Notes under the pieces: model-generated
The model's database searches: none
Told to the model about the DNA's origin: nothing
What the model saw: the letters and a program-made list of their open reading frames with translations, nothing else
In this document: piece by piece, positions 1-9,725 of the stretch
Position numbering within the stretch: the first letter of the stretch is position 1
Layout of the letters: every line of letters begins with the position of its first letter
Program-made: the position numbers and the translations under genes
From: Candidatus Heimdallarchaeota archaeon
GTDB taxonomy: Archaea; Asgardarchaeota; Heimdallarchaeia; Heimdallarchaeales; Heimdallarchaeaceae
Direction: 5' to 3'
Length of the DNA: 64,000 nucleotides
NCBI GenBank assembly: GCA_019057815.1
Contig: JAHLWR010000002.1
Coordinates: 96,001-160,000 of the forward strand

Positions 1-62
1 TATGCAACATTTTCACTTTCTCATTACAAAAACAACTTAAATGAATAAAAAAATCTGTTCTT

Positions 63-722
63 GTGTTTCGTAGTAGATTAGCTATCAGTTCAAAAGATTA
101 TTATTCATGCGAGATAACAAAAAGGATCCCAGTTAGAGTTTCAATTTTAGCAGTAAACGGAGCAGAGGGAATGGCTGTATATCAAGCGTTGGATAATAAT
201 GAAAATTCACTTGAACAATATGTCAAAGAGATGGAACAATCAGAACAAATTGTAGATATTAAAATAACTCAAAAATCTTCAACAGATTATTGGACACGTG
301 TTCAACACAAACTTGATTATCCCTCAATCTATGAAACGATTCTTGAAAGTGGGAGTATGACTATTTTACCAATTATTATTGAAAATGGCGTTCAATACCA
401 CGATATACTGTCTCCTACACCAGATTCTTTACGACATTTACTAGTGAAATTAAAGAAACGATTTTCATCAATTAAAATCAAATCACTCTCATCAGAGCTG
501 ACAGAATTAACAGCGAATATTTCTAATTTTCTTACAAAAAAGCAGTTAGAAGTAATAAAAATAACATATAGAAATGGTTACTATGACATTCCACGAAAAA
601 GTACTCTTGAAGAGCTATCAAAAAAAATTGGTATAAAACGTGTTGCCTTTCAAGAAAGACTAAGAAGAGCAGAAAAAAGAATTATTGAACATTATATGGA
701 AAATTATCAGTTTAATTATTGA
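63..722 (+). CDS. Bacterio-opsin activator-type (HTH_10) transcriptional regulator
   Basis: C-terminal LTKKQLEVIKITYRNGYYDIPRKSTLEELSKKIGI...ERLRRAE is the typical archaeal HTH_10 signature. Confidence 0.85.
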   Translation: MFRSRLAISSKDYYSCEITKRIPVRVSILAVNGAEGMAVYQALDNNENSLEQYVKEMEQSEQIVDIKITQKSSTDYWTRVQHKLDYPSIYETILESGSMTILPIIIENGVQYHDILSPTPDSLRHLLVKLKKRFSSIKIKSLSSELTELTANISNFLTKKQLEVIKITYRNGYYDIPRKSTLEELSKKIGIKRVAFQERLRRAEKRIIEHYMENYQFNY

Positions 723-1662
723 TACTCATAACTTCTTCTTTTTTCGGTTTTGTTCGTAATATTTGGACTAATAAAGCGGAAATTCCCAGAATAACTAAAC
801 CAACCCATTCAAGTGGTTTTGGCCTTTCACCAAGGAAAATCACTGCGAGAAAAGTGATCTGAATTAACATTGTATTATTAATAATAGTTATCTCAAGGGC
901 TCTTAATTTTTGCATTACTTTATTCCATAGAGTAAAAGCGATGGCAGTATTTACTATACTTAACCAGAGGATGTAGACAATGGCAGTAATAGATATCGTA
1001 GGAATGCCTTCTATTATTAATCCAGTTATCAACAGCACTATAGATCCTATAAACATGCTAATTGCAGTTACAATAAGTGGAGAGGCCGTTTTAGATTTGT
1101 TAATATTCCTTCCAAATATAGCAGACACAGAGTTAGTAACAACCCCAAAACCAACTACTAAAAGACCAATAAGCGTGGTATTTGAATAATTAATATCCAT
1201 CAAGGGGATGAAATATACTAGTGTACCAGTGAGAGCTAATAGGATAAAAAATAGCTGCAAAGCGTTAGGTCTTTCTTTAATTAAAAGAATACCAAGAATC
1301 ATAGCAATTATTGGAGTAAAACTTAGAAGTAAACTAACTGTAATAGCAGGTAGATACAAAAGTCCAAAATATTGAGTTCCTTGAGTAAGAGTGAAGAAAA
1401 TTATTCCATATCCAGCTAATTTACCCCACCAATTTAAGGGCAAATTCCTTATAGCTGATCTATTTTGAGACGAACATAGAACTACTAATACGAGAATTGT
1501 AGCAGCAAGTACGTACCTAATGCCTGCAAAGGTTAAGGGGGGAAGATTTTCTTTTTCCAGCCCAAATTTGATTAATAGCCACGAAGAAGACCATAGTATT
1601 GTGACAAAGAATGCTAATAAAATGTAAAAGCTACGATGCTGGAATAGCTGTTTGTAGTTCAT
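712..1662 (-). CDS. EamA/DMT family transporter
   Basis: About 10 TM helices; LWSSS...IK.GL, P.TFAG.R, and LIKER / FLGER repeat motifs. Confidence 0.9.
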   Translation of the reverse strand: MNYKQLFQHRSFYILLAFFVTILWSSSWLLIKFGLEKENLPPLTFAGIRYVLAATILVLVVLCSSQNRSAIRNLPLNWWGKLAGYGIIFFTLTQGTQYFGLLYLPAITVSLLLSFTPIIAMILGILLIKERPNALQLFFILLALTGTLVYFIPLMDINYSNTTLIGLLVVGFGVVTNSVSAIFGRNINKSKTASPLIVTAISMFIGSIVLLITGLIIEGIPTISITAIVYILWLSIVNTAIAFTLWNKVMQKLRALEITIINNTMLIQITFLAVIFLGERPKPLEWVGLVILGISALLVQILRTKPKKEEVMSINN

Positions 1663-1895
1663 TATGCTTAACCTAAGCCACGTTTTTTTGGTATGCTATG
1701 TGAACATCCATCCATTCTAACATTCTCTCTGAAAATAAAAGAACTTTCACATGTCCTATGACGGAGATTTTTATATCAACCATAGAATTTGAAGTTAATG
1801 AAATGAGTGATGAGCAACAAACGGTGTGAAGAACAACCATCTTCTGTTGGATAAATGTAAAAAAGAAGGGAAGAGTAAAGAAGTACTTCTTATAT

Positions 1896-2314
1896 CTAAG
1901 GAATATATTTTAGGTTATCTAGGTATTCTATAACTCCAGGTGGACCTCTTCTTATTCCATATGCTCTAAAGGATTTGACAGTCTTAGATATAAGCTCTAT
2001 ATCTACATCGTCAGCTATTTTCACCATACCCATGGCAAAAATTTTGATCTTACGACCTTCTTTAAGAGCTTTTTCAAATACTTCTCTGGATAGAATAAAA
2101 GCTCCAATTCCTACAAAATAGCTTCTATCTTTCGCGTGTTCTTCTGTTAATGCCTTAAAAATAGAGTCATTTTTACCTATCTGCTCTTAGCAGCTATTCG
2201 AAGAAATTCCGCTCTTGAATTATAAAAACCCTGGGAAACTAAAAAATCCATCTTTCCCAAATCAACTACAGGTAAATTCACGGTTATTTTCTCGTAGTTC
2301 TTGTCAGTTGTCAT
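1896..2314 (-). pseudogene. CopG/ribbon-helix-helix transcriptional regulator with a 1-nt frameshift (or assembly error)
   Basis: Manual translation from ATG 2314 gives MTTDKNYEKITVNLPVVDLGKMDFLVSQGFYNSRAEFLRIAAK. After a shift near 2185 it continues QIGKNDSIFKAL...KIKIFAMGMVKIADDVDIELISKTVKSFRAYG...LKYIP* (TAG 1896). Span is 419 nt, one short of a multiple of 3. Confidence 0.8.
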
Positions 2315-2362
2315 TTTTTCACTCTTTTCTTTTGCATTTATTTTTCTCACACCATCTTGTGA

Positions 2363-2417
2363 CCATCTTTAGGGATGGGCAATCTATACAACATCCACGT
2401 GGATGGACATATATAAA
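2363..2417 (-). promoter_or_regulatory. TATA-like box plus palindromic operator sites upstream of the CopG/RHH gene
   Basis: Perfect 14-bp palindrome CATCCACGTGGATG (2392-2405), inverted repeat CCATC-N6-GATGG (2363-2378), and minus-strand TTTATAT at ~2411-2417. Confidence 0.55.
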
Positions 2418-2612
2418 TATACTCACTTAACACACAGTAACTCAAGAGCTGGAGCGGGTTTATGAAATTAAAGATTTAAACAATTAAGTAGATACTTGTT
2501 TGTATCACATACGTTTTACCATTATACTCGTTTAATCGAATAACCTATATGATTACTCTAAAAAATTGAAAGGTAAGTCTTTTATTTAAGTTGTTAGAAT
2601 AAGTATATACGA

Positions 2613-3551
2613 ATGCAAGAAGACATGGAGGTGGTTCTGGAACGACAAACTGTTCTAGGGAAATTCCTTGACAGGTTAAACTATCGTCCTCTTCGCTATG
2701 TATACACCTTAATGAACGGTCTTTTGTCGGTTATTGATAGTTTTCTCAGTTCAGATGAAGACTGTATGTCCTCTTTACGCGCATCTCTTCTTTCTTACAT
2801 TTCTTTCTTAGCTAGAACGTTTTATCAGAGTTCTCTAGTCGACAATCTCCGGTCAGGAGGGAAGACATCTCAACAATTTAAGGATCAAGTAGAAAGAGCT
2901 TACATGAAGGGGTTAAGTGAAAGAGAACAGATTATTCAAAAGATTGAAATCACAATTTCAAAGGCTGAGACTTTATTCAGGTTAAAAGAGGATCTTAATA
3001 GTAAATGGCAAGAAATTTACTATCGCACCTCGGTTGAATCATCTGCTGAGCAAAATATCAGAAACAACATCTCCTTGGTAATTGAGAAGCAAGATGAATA
3101 TGCTTCTTTCCACAGCCCAACTTTGGCAGATCAAGATTCTTTTAAAACTCAAAAAGAATCAATTAGACAGATCTCTGATCTTTCTTTTCAAGCTGTTGAT
3201 TTTGGGGATAAAGCCCAGATGACGATTCATGAACTATTGGATCTTAGTATTAACCCATTGGCTTCAATTGCAGAAGATGAAGTTTTAAGCGCTGAAAAAA
3301 TACTTATGCAAATAGAATCAGATTCTAAGAAGAAAAATAAAAAACTAAATGAAGATGAAATTGGAAAATTATGCGATGTCTTATCTTGGGGATTAGATGA
3401 TATTACTAATTTTGATGAATTAATCAAGCTTGGTAAAGAATTGAGGAATGAATTTGCTTCAATCTTGTCAGATTTCCTTGTAAACCTAGTTGATATTGAC
3501 TTAGGGATTCAAGAGCTCGAATCATACATCTTGGAATCATCAGAGCGCTAG
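2613..3551 (+). CDS. Hypothetical helical/coiled-coil protein
   Basis: 312-aa ORF, E/Q/K/L-rich, no recognised motif. Confidence 0.6.
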   Translation: MQEDMEVVLERQTVLGKFLDRLNYRPLRYVYTLMNGLLSVIDSFLSSDEDCMSSLRASLLSYISFLARTFYQSSLVDNLRSGGKTSQQFKDQVERAYMKGLSEREQIIQKIEITISKAETLFRLKEDLNSKWQEIYYRTSVESSAEQNIRNNISLVIEKQDEYASFHSPTLADQDSFKTQKESIRQISDLSFQAVDFGDKAQMTIHELLDLSINPLASIAEDEVLSAEKILMQIESDSKKKNKKLNEDEIGKLCDVLSWGLDDITNFDELIKLGKELRNEFASILSDFLVNLVDIDLGIQELESYILESSER

Positions 3552-3628
3552 AACAAATCTTTCGCAGTAACGTTGAAGAAAAACTATGTTTTCAAAGAAG
3601 AATTTTTATAAGTGCAGGAAGTGTTTAT

Positions 3629-4138
3629 TTGATGAGTTATGAATTATTTTTATCTAGGGATTATCTTATTTTTTCTAGTGCTCATTTTGTAATTGGAGAG
3701 AACTTCTTTGAGCCACTCCACGGACACAATTATAAATTACAAATCAACATTTATGGTCAACAAGGTTTAGACAACATGGTTATTAATTTCTTATCCATTA
3801 AGAAGATTCTAGCTCCTTTAATAGATTCATTGGACCATCGAGTTTTGATAGCCACAGAAAATAAACATATAGAGATACTTGAAAAAGGAGAGCAAGTTAT
3901 CATTAATATTTCACGCCTTAAGAAAGAATACGAGTTTCCCCGTTCTGATGTAGCATTGTTACCAATCGAAAATACGACTGTTGAAGAAATGAGTCACCAT
4001 TTTGTTAATGAACTTATTAACAATGACGAGTTAAAACAAGAGAACATCAAAAGGATTACAGTTACTCTTTATGAATATGAAGGCCAAGGTGTAACTGTTG
4101 AACTACTCCACGATTGGAAAAAACACTTACAAAGTTAA
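3629..4138 (+). CDS. 6-pyruvoyl-tetrahydropterin synthase family, PTPS-III type
   Basis: FSSAHF, EPLHGHNY (ExxHGH, no Cys), LDHR, NTTVEE. Confidence 0.85.
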   Translation: MMSYELFLSRDYLIFSSAHFVIGENFFEPLHGHNYKLQINIYGQQGLDNMVINFLSIKKILAPLIDSLDHRVLIATENKHIEILEKGEQVIINISRLKKEYEFPRSDVALLPIENTTVEEMSHHFVNELINNDELKQENIKRITVTLYEYEGQGVTVELLHDWKKHLQS

Positions 4139-4887
4139 AGATAGTTTATCTTACACCCATTATGAGTACACCAATTTATTACTGATTTTGCGATAACAAA
4201 CTTTTTCAATTTTCGATCTTTCTGTTGGCGTGTTAGTTTTTTTACTTTAGAATATTTTCCAATCTTATCTCCAAAATCAAAACCCACTAATACAGTTTTT
4301 CCTGCTTTTCCCCAAGTAGATAAGCATACTCCACGATCTCCATCAGTGAAACCGAGGAAATTGTAAGAACCATTGATTGGGTTAAGCTGAGTAGTTATTG
4401 CCAGTCTTCCTTTGCAAAGTTGACTTATTACTCCTTCAACAGTCAAGGTATTATGGCTATGAATATGCACAAGCAATATAGATCCTTGTTTTTGAGCGAT
4501 GATTTGCTCATTCACTTGACCATCAAGATCAGAAACCACTATATCAGGGATAATGTTTTGTGCTAACAAAAATGAAGTTGCTCCATCTGCACTTATAAGA
4601 ACATTATCGGAGTTAGATGAGAGGTCTAGCGAATGAAACTGTTCTTCTAGACTAGGTCCTGGAGCAAAAACATATACTTCTTTCTCAAATAATATCTTTT
4701 GGAGCTCTTCTATGTTGATGTTACTTTTACATTTGGCGATGATATTTCTCAAAGCCTTTTCATCTTCTTCAGGAATTATGTCAAGAAAATCGCAAATAAG
4801 AGGATACCAATTCTGTAACCAAACTTTCTCTGAAAATTCTAACTTTTCCAGGATGTGAAAGGGAGATTCAGATGTTTCAAATATCAT
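4135..4887 (-). CDS. mptE: 6-hydroxymethyl-7,8-dihydropterin pyrophosphokinase (MptE/DUF115)
   Basis: APGPSL, SADGA, PDIVVSDLDG, HxHxxN, GFTDGDR, LVGFDF, KxxKF..A motifs. Confidence 0.85.
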   Translation of the reverse strand: MIFETSESPFHILEKLEFSEKVWLQNWYPLICDFLDIIPEEDEKALRNIIAKCKSNINIEELQKILFEKEVYVFAPGPSLEEQFHSLDLSSNSDNVLISADGATSFLLAQNIIPDIVVSDLDGQVNEQIIAQKQGSILLVHIHSHNTLTVEGVISQLCKGRLAITTQLNPINGSYNFLGFTDGDRGVCLSTWGKAGKTVLVGFDFGDKIGKYSKVKKLTRQQKDRKLKKFVIAKSVINWCTHNGCKINYL

Positions 4888-6658
4888 TGTCTATCAGCTC
4901 CTCAATTGTTAGTGACCGCTGGCTATGGAGTTTTGTCATTGCGGTCTCGTACCTATTTTCAATGTCTCTGAAAGTGACAAATCCAAGCATCTTGGTTGGA
5001 TTATCAATATCGACAACAGGCATACATTCAATCCTATTGTCGGTTAGTTTATCAAATGCTGAAGACAGAGTATCATCAGGATAAGCAACAATCACATCCT
5101 TTGACATTACATTCCTGACATATTTATGACCCTTGGCAAAACCTTGTTGGAAGTCTATAGCACTTATAATTCCTATTAATTCTTTATTATCATCCAAGAC
5201 AACAAGAGCACTTTTCTTGTGAAGATATAAAAGAGCGAAACAATCAGTCAGCTTCTCGTTTTCTTTTACTGTGGGGAAGTCTGTTTCCATTGCTTCGCGG
5301 ACTTTTAAGGAAGATAAAATATCCGTATATTGGATTCTTCTCCGTAAAATGACCTCCTTACTTTCAATTTGACCAGTGTATAGACTAAAGTCCATTGAAA
5401 TTATAAACGCAGCAGCGTTGGATAGTATCATTGGTATAATTAGATTTGGGAATCCAACCATTTCAAGCACTAGAATCATTGAAGCTATTGGGGTTTTAGT
5501 GGTAGCAGCATGCATAGCAGACATCCCAATTACAATAACAACAAGAGGATTCAAACTAGGAAAAAGACGAGAATAGAGAGCGCCCATTGCTGCTCCAGTA
5601 ACAAGTGAAGGACCCATCACACCTCCTGAAGCTCCTAAACCCACACATGTTGATGTTACTACAATCTTTCCTAAAAATAATATAAATAACACTCGTAAAC
5701 CAATAGAGGCATAATTTTCCATTAGATGATTTATAGAAAAGAAACCCGTTCCACCTAGTGAAATTCCCTCGGGAAGAGCAAGTTCAATTACAAATACTAA
5801 CAAAGCAGTAATAATCATTCCAACAAATGGTAAAAGAAAAGGCTTGAGTATTTTCTCAATGTTTCTCGAAAGAAGCTTATATAATAAGGAGAATAGAATA
5901 CCAAAAATTCCTGCAAAAACACCTAAAAGAACAAATAACGAAGCATCAACGAATGTTAAAGAAGAAGAGATTACATCAACTTCTAGATAAGTAGGATGGG
6001 AATTTAAAAACGTAAGAATGGCTTGAGAAACCAATAAAGAAATTGCACTGGCAACTAATGCAGGAAGAAAGACTGTTTCATCGAGATCGTGTTTATACGG
6101 AACCTCTGATGCAAAGACAGTACCACCTAAAGGCGCTCTAAATACAGCAGCAGTGCAAGCAGCTGCTCCAATAGTTATAGCGTGTCCTTGATCTTCTTTT
6201 GTCATTTTTAGTTTGTCCCCTAAAGAGTAAGCAACCGAACTTCCTATAGTAACAGCTGGCCCTTCTCTTCCAGCAGGTGCATTAACCCCTAGAGTCAAAA
6301 GACTCGCAAAGAATTTGGTAAAAATGGTTCTTGATGGTATTGGAGTTGTTGTGTTTTTATGCGTTAAAACATATGAAATGCCTGCACCTTTTACCTCTTT
6401 GAACCCAAAATACAACAAAAGAGAAGTGATACCTCCCACAATTGGGAATAGAGCATAATAATAATTAATTTTATCGACCAGATCCCATAATTGAACAATA
6501 GAAGCTATAAAAAGACCCATTAGGACGCCGCTAATTAAACCTATAACGATAGAAAAAGGGAACCATTTTCTTGAATATTTCCAGTATTTCTTAAGTTGGA
6601 ATCTTAGTTGAACTTTGAAAGATTTACTAGGTTTTTCTGTGTCTTCCAGCTCTTTCAC
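4877..6658 (-). CDS. CLC chloride channel/transporter with C-terminal CBS pair
   Basis: GAGI, GREGP, FRAPLGG, SGGVMGP, TPIA motifs and two CBS domains. Confidence 0.92.
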   Translation of the reverse strand: MKELEDTEKPSKSFKVQLRFQLKKYWKYSRKWFPFSIVIGLISGVLMGLFIASIVQLWDLVDKINYYYALFPIVGGITSLLLYFGFKEVKGAGISYVLTHKNTTTPIPSRTIFTKFFASLLTLGVNAPAGREGPAVTIGSSVAYSLGDKLKMTKEDQGHAITIGAAACTAAVFRAPLGGTVFASEVPYKHDLDETVFLPALVASAISLLVSQAILTFLNSHPTYLEVDVISSSLTFVDASLFVLLGVFAGIFGILFSLLYKLLSRNIEKILKPFLLPFVGMIITALLVFVIELALPEGISLGGTGFFSINHLMENYASIGLRVLFILFLGKIVVTSTCVGLGASGGVMGPSLVTGAAMGALYSRLFPSLNPLVVIVIGMSAMHAATTKTPIASMILVLEMVGFPNLIIPMILSNAAAFIISMDFSLYTGQIESKEVILRRRIQYTDILSSLKVREAMETDFPTVKENEKLTDCFALLYLHKKSALVVLDDNKELIGIISAIDFQQGFAKGHKYVRNVMSKDVIVAYPDDTLSSAFDKLTDNRIECMPVVDIDNPTKMLGFVTFRDIENRYETAMTKLHSQRSLTIEELIDNDI

Positions 6659-6870
6659 ATGATTGAAAGTCTATAGCTGATATTAAACTTTCTTGAAAAA
6701 TTTTATTTCAGAACATTTTATCTTTTTTTTCTTATCCAGAGATTTATAAATTTCTCTGTTTTACTGTTTACAGAGAAAAAATAATTCAGAGACTGTAGAG
6801 TCTTCTGAATGTTTTCATCAAAAGCATGATTAAATCAAATATAAGTCTACAACAATGCAAGGATGATCAA

Positions 6871-9027
6871 ATGAAAAAGAAAAGCAAGTTTTTAATCCTA
6901 GGTCTCTCAATTGTTCTAATTATCGGATTATCGTCCAGTTTTACAGTAAACTCATTAGAATTTACTAATAAGACTCTAAAACATCCAATAAAAGTCATAG
7001 TAGATTACACTGAAGATGTCGATCGTATAATCAAGCTTCCTACAGAATATACTTATAATAATCATCCATTGATTATAGACCTAAATGATGATGGAAAACT
7101 AGAAACGGTTATTACATCGGATAGAATTAACGAAACAGCTCCATCACTAATTTTATTGTTTAATGGAGAAGAACTAGTTGAAGGGTGGCCTATACAAGTC
7201 AACTTCACAGTTGAAGAAATACTTGGAAAGAGAAAGGTTGAGGGAAAAGAAGCAATAATTTTCCGCGTAGCAGACTATAATTTAGAAAAAAGAATTACAT
7301 CATTTATTGCAATCACAGGAGAGGGAGAGATTATTGACAGCTTCCAAATTGACTTGCTAGGAAGCTTCATTCAAGGGACAATCTTTTATGATTTGAATGA
7401 AGATGGTTTAGAAGAATTTGTCGTGGTTCGTAATGATGGTTGGATTTATTACATAGATCATGATGGGAATAATATCTCTACATGGCCAAAACAGTTTCAA
7501 ATAAATGCCACTGTGGTTTTGCCACCAATAGCTGAAGATATTAACAATGACAGTTTTCTAGATATTATCCTATGTACAGAATTAGGGGAAATCTTTGTTT
7601 GGAACATAAATGGTACATTGATAAATGGTTACCCTTTAGCTCTTCCGATTAAAACATACGGAAGTATCAAAGACAATTTTAGAGTAATGCCCATTGTTAC
7701 AGATTTGGAAAACGATGGTACTTACGAACTCCTAATAAGTTCGACATTAGGTTTTATGTATGGGATGGTTTTAGATCCAGTTGTTAACGAAAGCTGGACT
7801 GTTCCACTTGATTTTTCCATCTGGAAAGAGACACAAGCAGTAGCAATGGACCTAAATAATGACAATTTACCGGAAATTATTCAACCTTTTTATAATGGAA
7901 TTATATTGTTAGAATATGATGGAGAGTTGAACGAGACATTCAGAAACGCAGGTTTTTTCCGCTGCCATGGAACTCCTGCGATAGCAGATATAGATAATGA
8001 TAATGTTCCCGAAATAATTGTAGCAGATAGTAATTATTTACGTATAATCGATTCAAGTGGTGTTGAAAAAGAAAGGTTATGGAAAGGAATAGTTACAGAT
8101 TCCAACTCTCCGTTAGTCTATGATATTGATAATGATAAAGAAATTGAAGTCGTGTATCTGAATAGGGGAGGTGAGATTTACATCTTTGAAACAAATGATT
8201 ACGGATTGATGCCTTGGATAAGTCAATATGGATCTTCAACACATACAACTAATAGAGATTATGATAATGACGGATTATGGGATTATGAAGAAAAAATTCT
8301 GAAAACAAGAGAGGATCAAATAGATACAGATGGGGATGGAGTCTCTGATGGGTTGGAGGTGAATCAGTATGCTTTGAATCCTGTTTCAAAAGATAGTAAT
8401 GGTGATACAGACCTAGATCTCTTGAAGAATATAGAAGAAATTGATATTCATAGAACGAATCCAATGAATCCTGATTCAGACTTTGATAGTTTAACAGATG
8501 GGGATGAAGTTTTAATTTATTTCACGAATCCACTTTCTGATGATACTGATAATGATAAAATGACTGATGCTTTTGAAGTAACATATGATTCGCTAGATCC
8601 AAACAACGCTGCTGATGCTTTGGAAGATGCAGATAATGATAATTTGATAAATAAGGATGAACAAAAGTATGGAACAAATCCTGAAGATCCAGATACAGAC
8701 AAAGATGGTCTTTTAGACGGAGATGAAGTGCATAGATATATCACCAATCCTAGAATACCGGATAAAGATGCAGATTACGATGGAGATGGTCTAACTAATG
8801 TTGAAGAAGTAGATATCTACGGAACAGACCCTTCACAACCCGATTCAGATTTTGACGGTTTTGAAGATGGAGAAGAAATAGATAAAGGATCCGATCCTTT
8901 GGACCCAAATAGTATCCCAACTACAAAAACAAGTTTTTTGATGAATAATCTAATAATTGTCCCAGTTTTAATCGGAATAAGAAAATGGAAAAAAATGAAA
9001 AAAGAAAGAAGGGATGTTAAACAATGA
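6871..9027 (+). CDS. Secreted FG-GAP/beta-propeller protein with thrombospondin type-3-like Ca-binding repeats and a C-terminal anchor
   Basis: Signal peptide from ATG 6871 (MKKKSKFLILG); ~7 DLNxDGxxE repeats; DTDGDGxxDGxE / GTDPxxPD repeats; hydrophobic plus basic tail. Confidence 0.8.
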   Translation: MKKKSKFLILGLSIVLIIGLSSSFTVNSLEFTNKTLKHPIKVIVDYTEDVDRIIKLPTEYTYNNHPLIIDLNDDGKLETVITSDRINETAPSLILLFNGEELVEGWPIQVNFTVEEILGKRKVEGKEAIIFRVADYNLEKRITSFIAITGEGEIIDSFQIDLLGSFIQGTIFYDLNEDGLEEFVVVRNDGWIYYIDHDGNNISTWPKQFQINATVVLPPIAEDINNDSFLDIILCTELGEIFVWNINGTLINGYPLALPIKTYGSIKDNFRVMPIVTDLENDGTYELLISSTLGFMYGMVLDPVVNESWTVPLDFSIWKETQAVAMDLNNDNLPEIIQPFYNGIILLEYDGELNETFRNAGFFRCHGTPAIADIDNDNVPEIIVADSNYLRIIDSSGVEKERLWKGIVTDSNSPLVYDIDNDKEIEVVYLNRGGEIYIFETNDYGLMPWISQYGSSTHTTNRDYDNDGLWDYEEKILKTREDQIDTDGDGVSDGLEVNQYALNPVSKDSNGDTDLDLLKNIEEIDIHRTNPMNPDSDFDSLTDGDEVLIYFTNPLSDDTDNDKMTDAFEVTYDSLDPNNAADALEDADNDNLINKDEQKYGTNPEDPDTDKDGLLDGDEVHRYITNPRIPDKDADYDGDGLTNVEEVDIYGTDPSQPDSDFDGFEDGEEIDKGSDPLDPNSIPTTKTSFLMNNLIIVPVLIGIRKWKKMKKERRDVKQ

Positions 9028-9461
9028 AGTGTCCTTATTGTAGGAAGGATAAACTAATAGTGCTTGAGGATAAGCGAACATGTGAGTGTCAAAGGTGTAA
9101 ATACCAATTTGAAGTATCAAGAATTGCATTGTTCATCGAAAAAATTTTTTCGTTTCCTCTTTCTTCTATTATCTATTCAACAGCAATAGCAAGTTTGGAT
9201 TACTTAATTGCTTATTATACACAACAAACTGTGAAAGCTTCATTTGGAGCATATTATACTTTTGTTCTAATGACATCAGGAATATTAGTAGGACTCTTCT
9301 ATTATACTATAATATCCAGAAAATCACAAAGTTCCTTTCTGATAAGTAGAAAAAGAAATTTTATCGAGAAGATAATGGAACTGGCTCCACTTGTTAAAGT
9401 ATCGATACTATTGCTTGTTGCTACACTTGCAACAACAATTTATTATGGAGTCACGCAATAA
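9024..9461 (+). CDS. Zn-ribbon plus 3-TM membrane protein
   Basis: CPYC...CQRC followed by hydrophobic helices; ATGA overlap with the upstream gene. Confidence 0.65.
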   Translation: MKCPYCRKDKLIVLEDKRTCECQRCKYQFEVSRIALFIEKIFSFPLSSIIYSTAIASLDYLIAYYTQQTVKASFGAYYTFVLMTSGILVGLFYYTIISRKSQSSFLISRKRNFIEKIMELAPLVKVSILLLVATLATTIYYGVTQ

Positions 9462-9685
9462 TGGTAGCTTACTTCAGAAAAAGAGGAATATAACTAATTT
9501 CAATTATTTACAATTAGAGAAGTGAAATTTAACCTCTCAACGCACTTGCAGATGATCCATTTATCCTTTTAAATAACATTTAGATAGCCTTATGGTAGGT
9601 TTACCAAGTTTCATGATGTACGCAATATATTAGACACAATCTTAAGAAAAGACAAATATCTTAGAAAAGTCGCTTTGTAAAGGAT

Positions 9686-9715
9686 AAAGAAAAAAGAAAA
9701 AAGAAAAAAGAAAAG
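9686..9715 (-). terminator. Oligo-T (repeated CTTTTTT) archaeal terminator after the SBP gene
   Basis: + strand aaagaaaaaagaaaaaagaaaaaagaaaag immediately downstream of the stop at 9726. Confidence 0.55.
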
Positions 9716-9725
9716 TTTTGGTTTT

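Noticed and set aside
2215-2430. 71-aa + strand ORF
   Set aside because: Antisense to the RHH gene and its promoter; no protein-like features
3629-4138. queD call
   Set aside because: Lacks the CxxxHGH cysteine; the motif is ExxHGH and the neighbour is mptE
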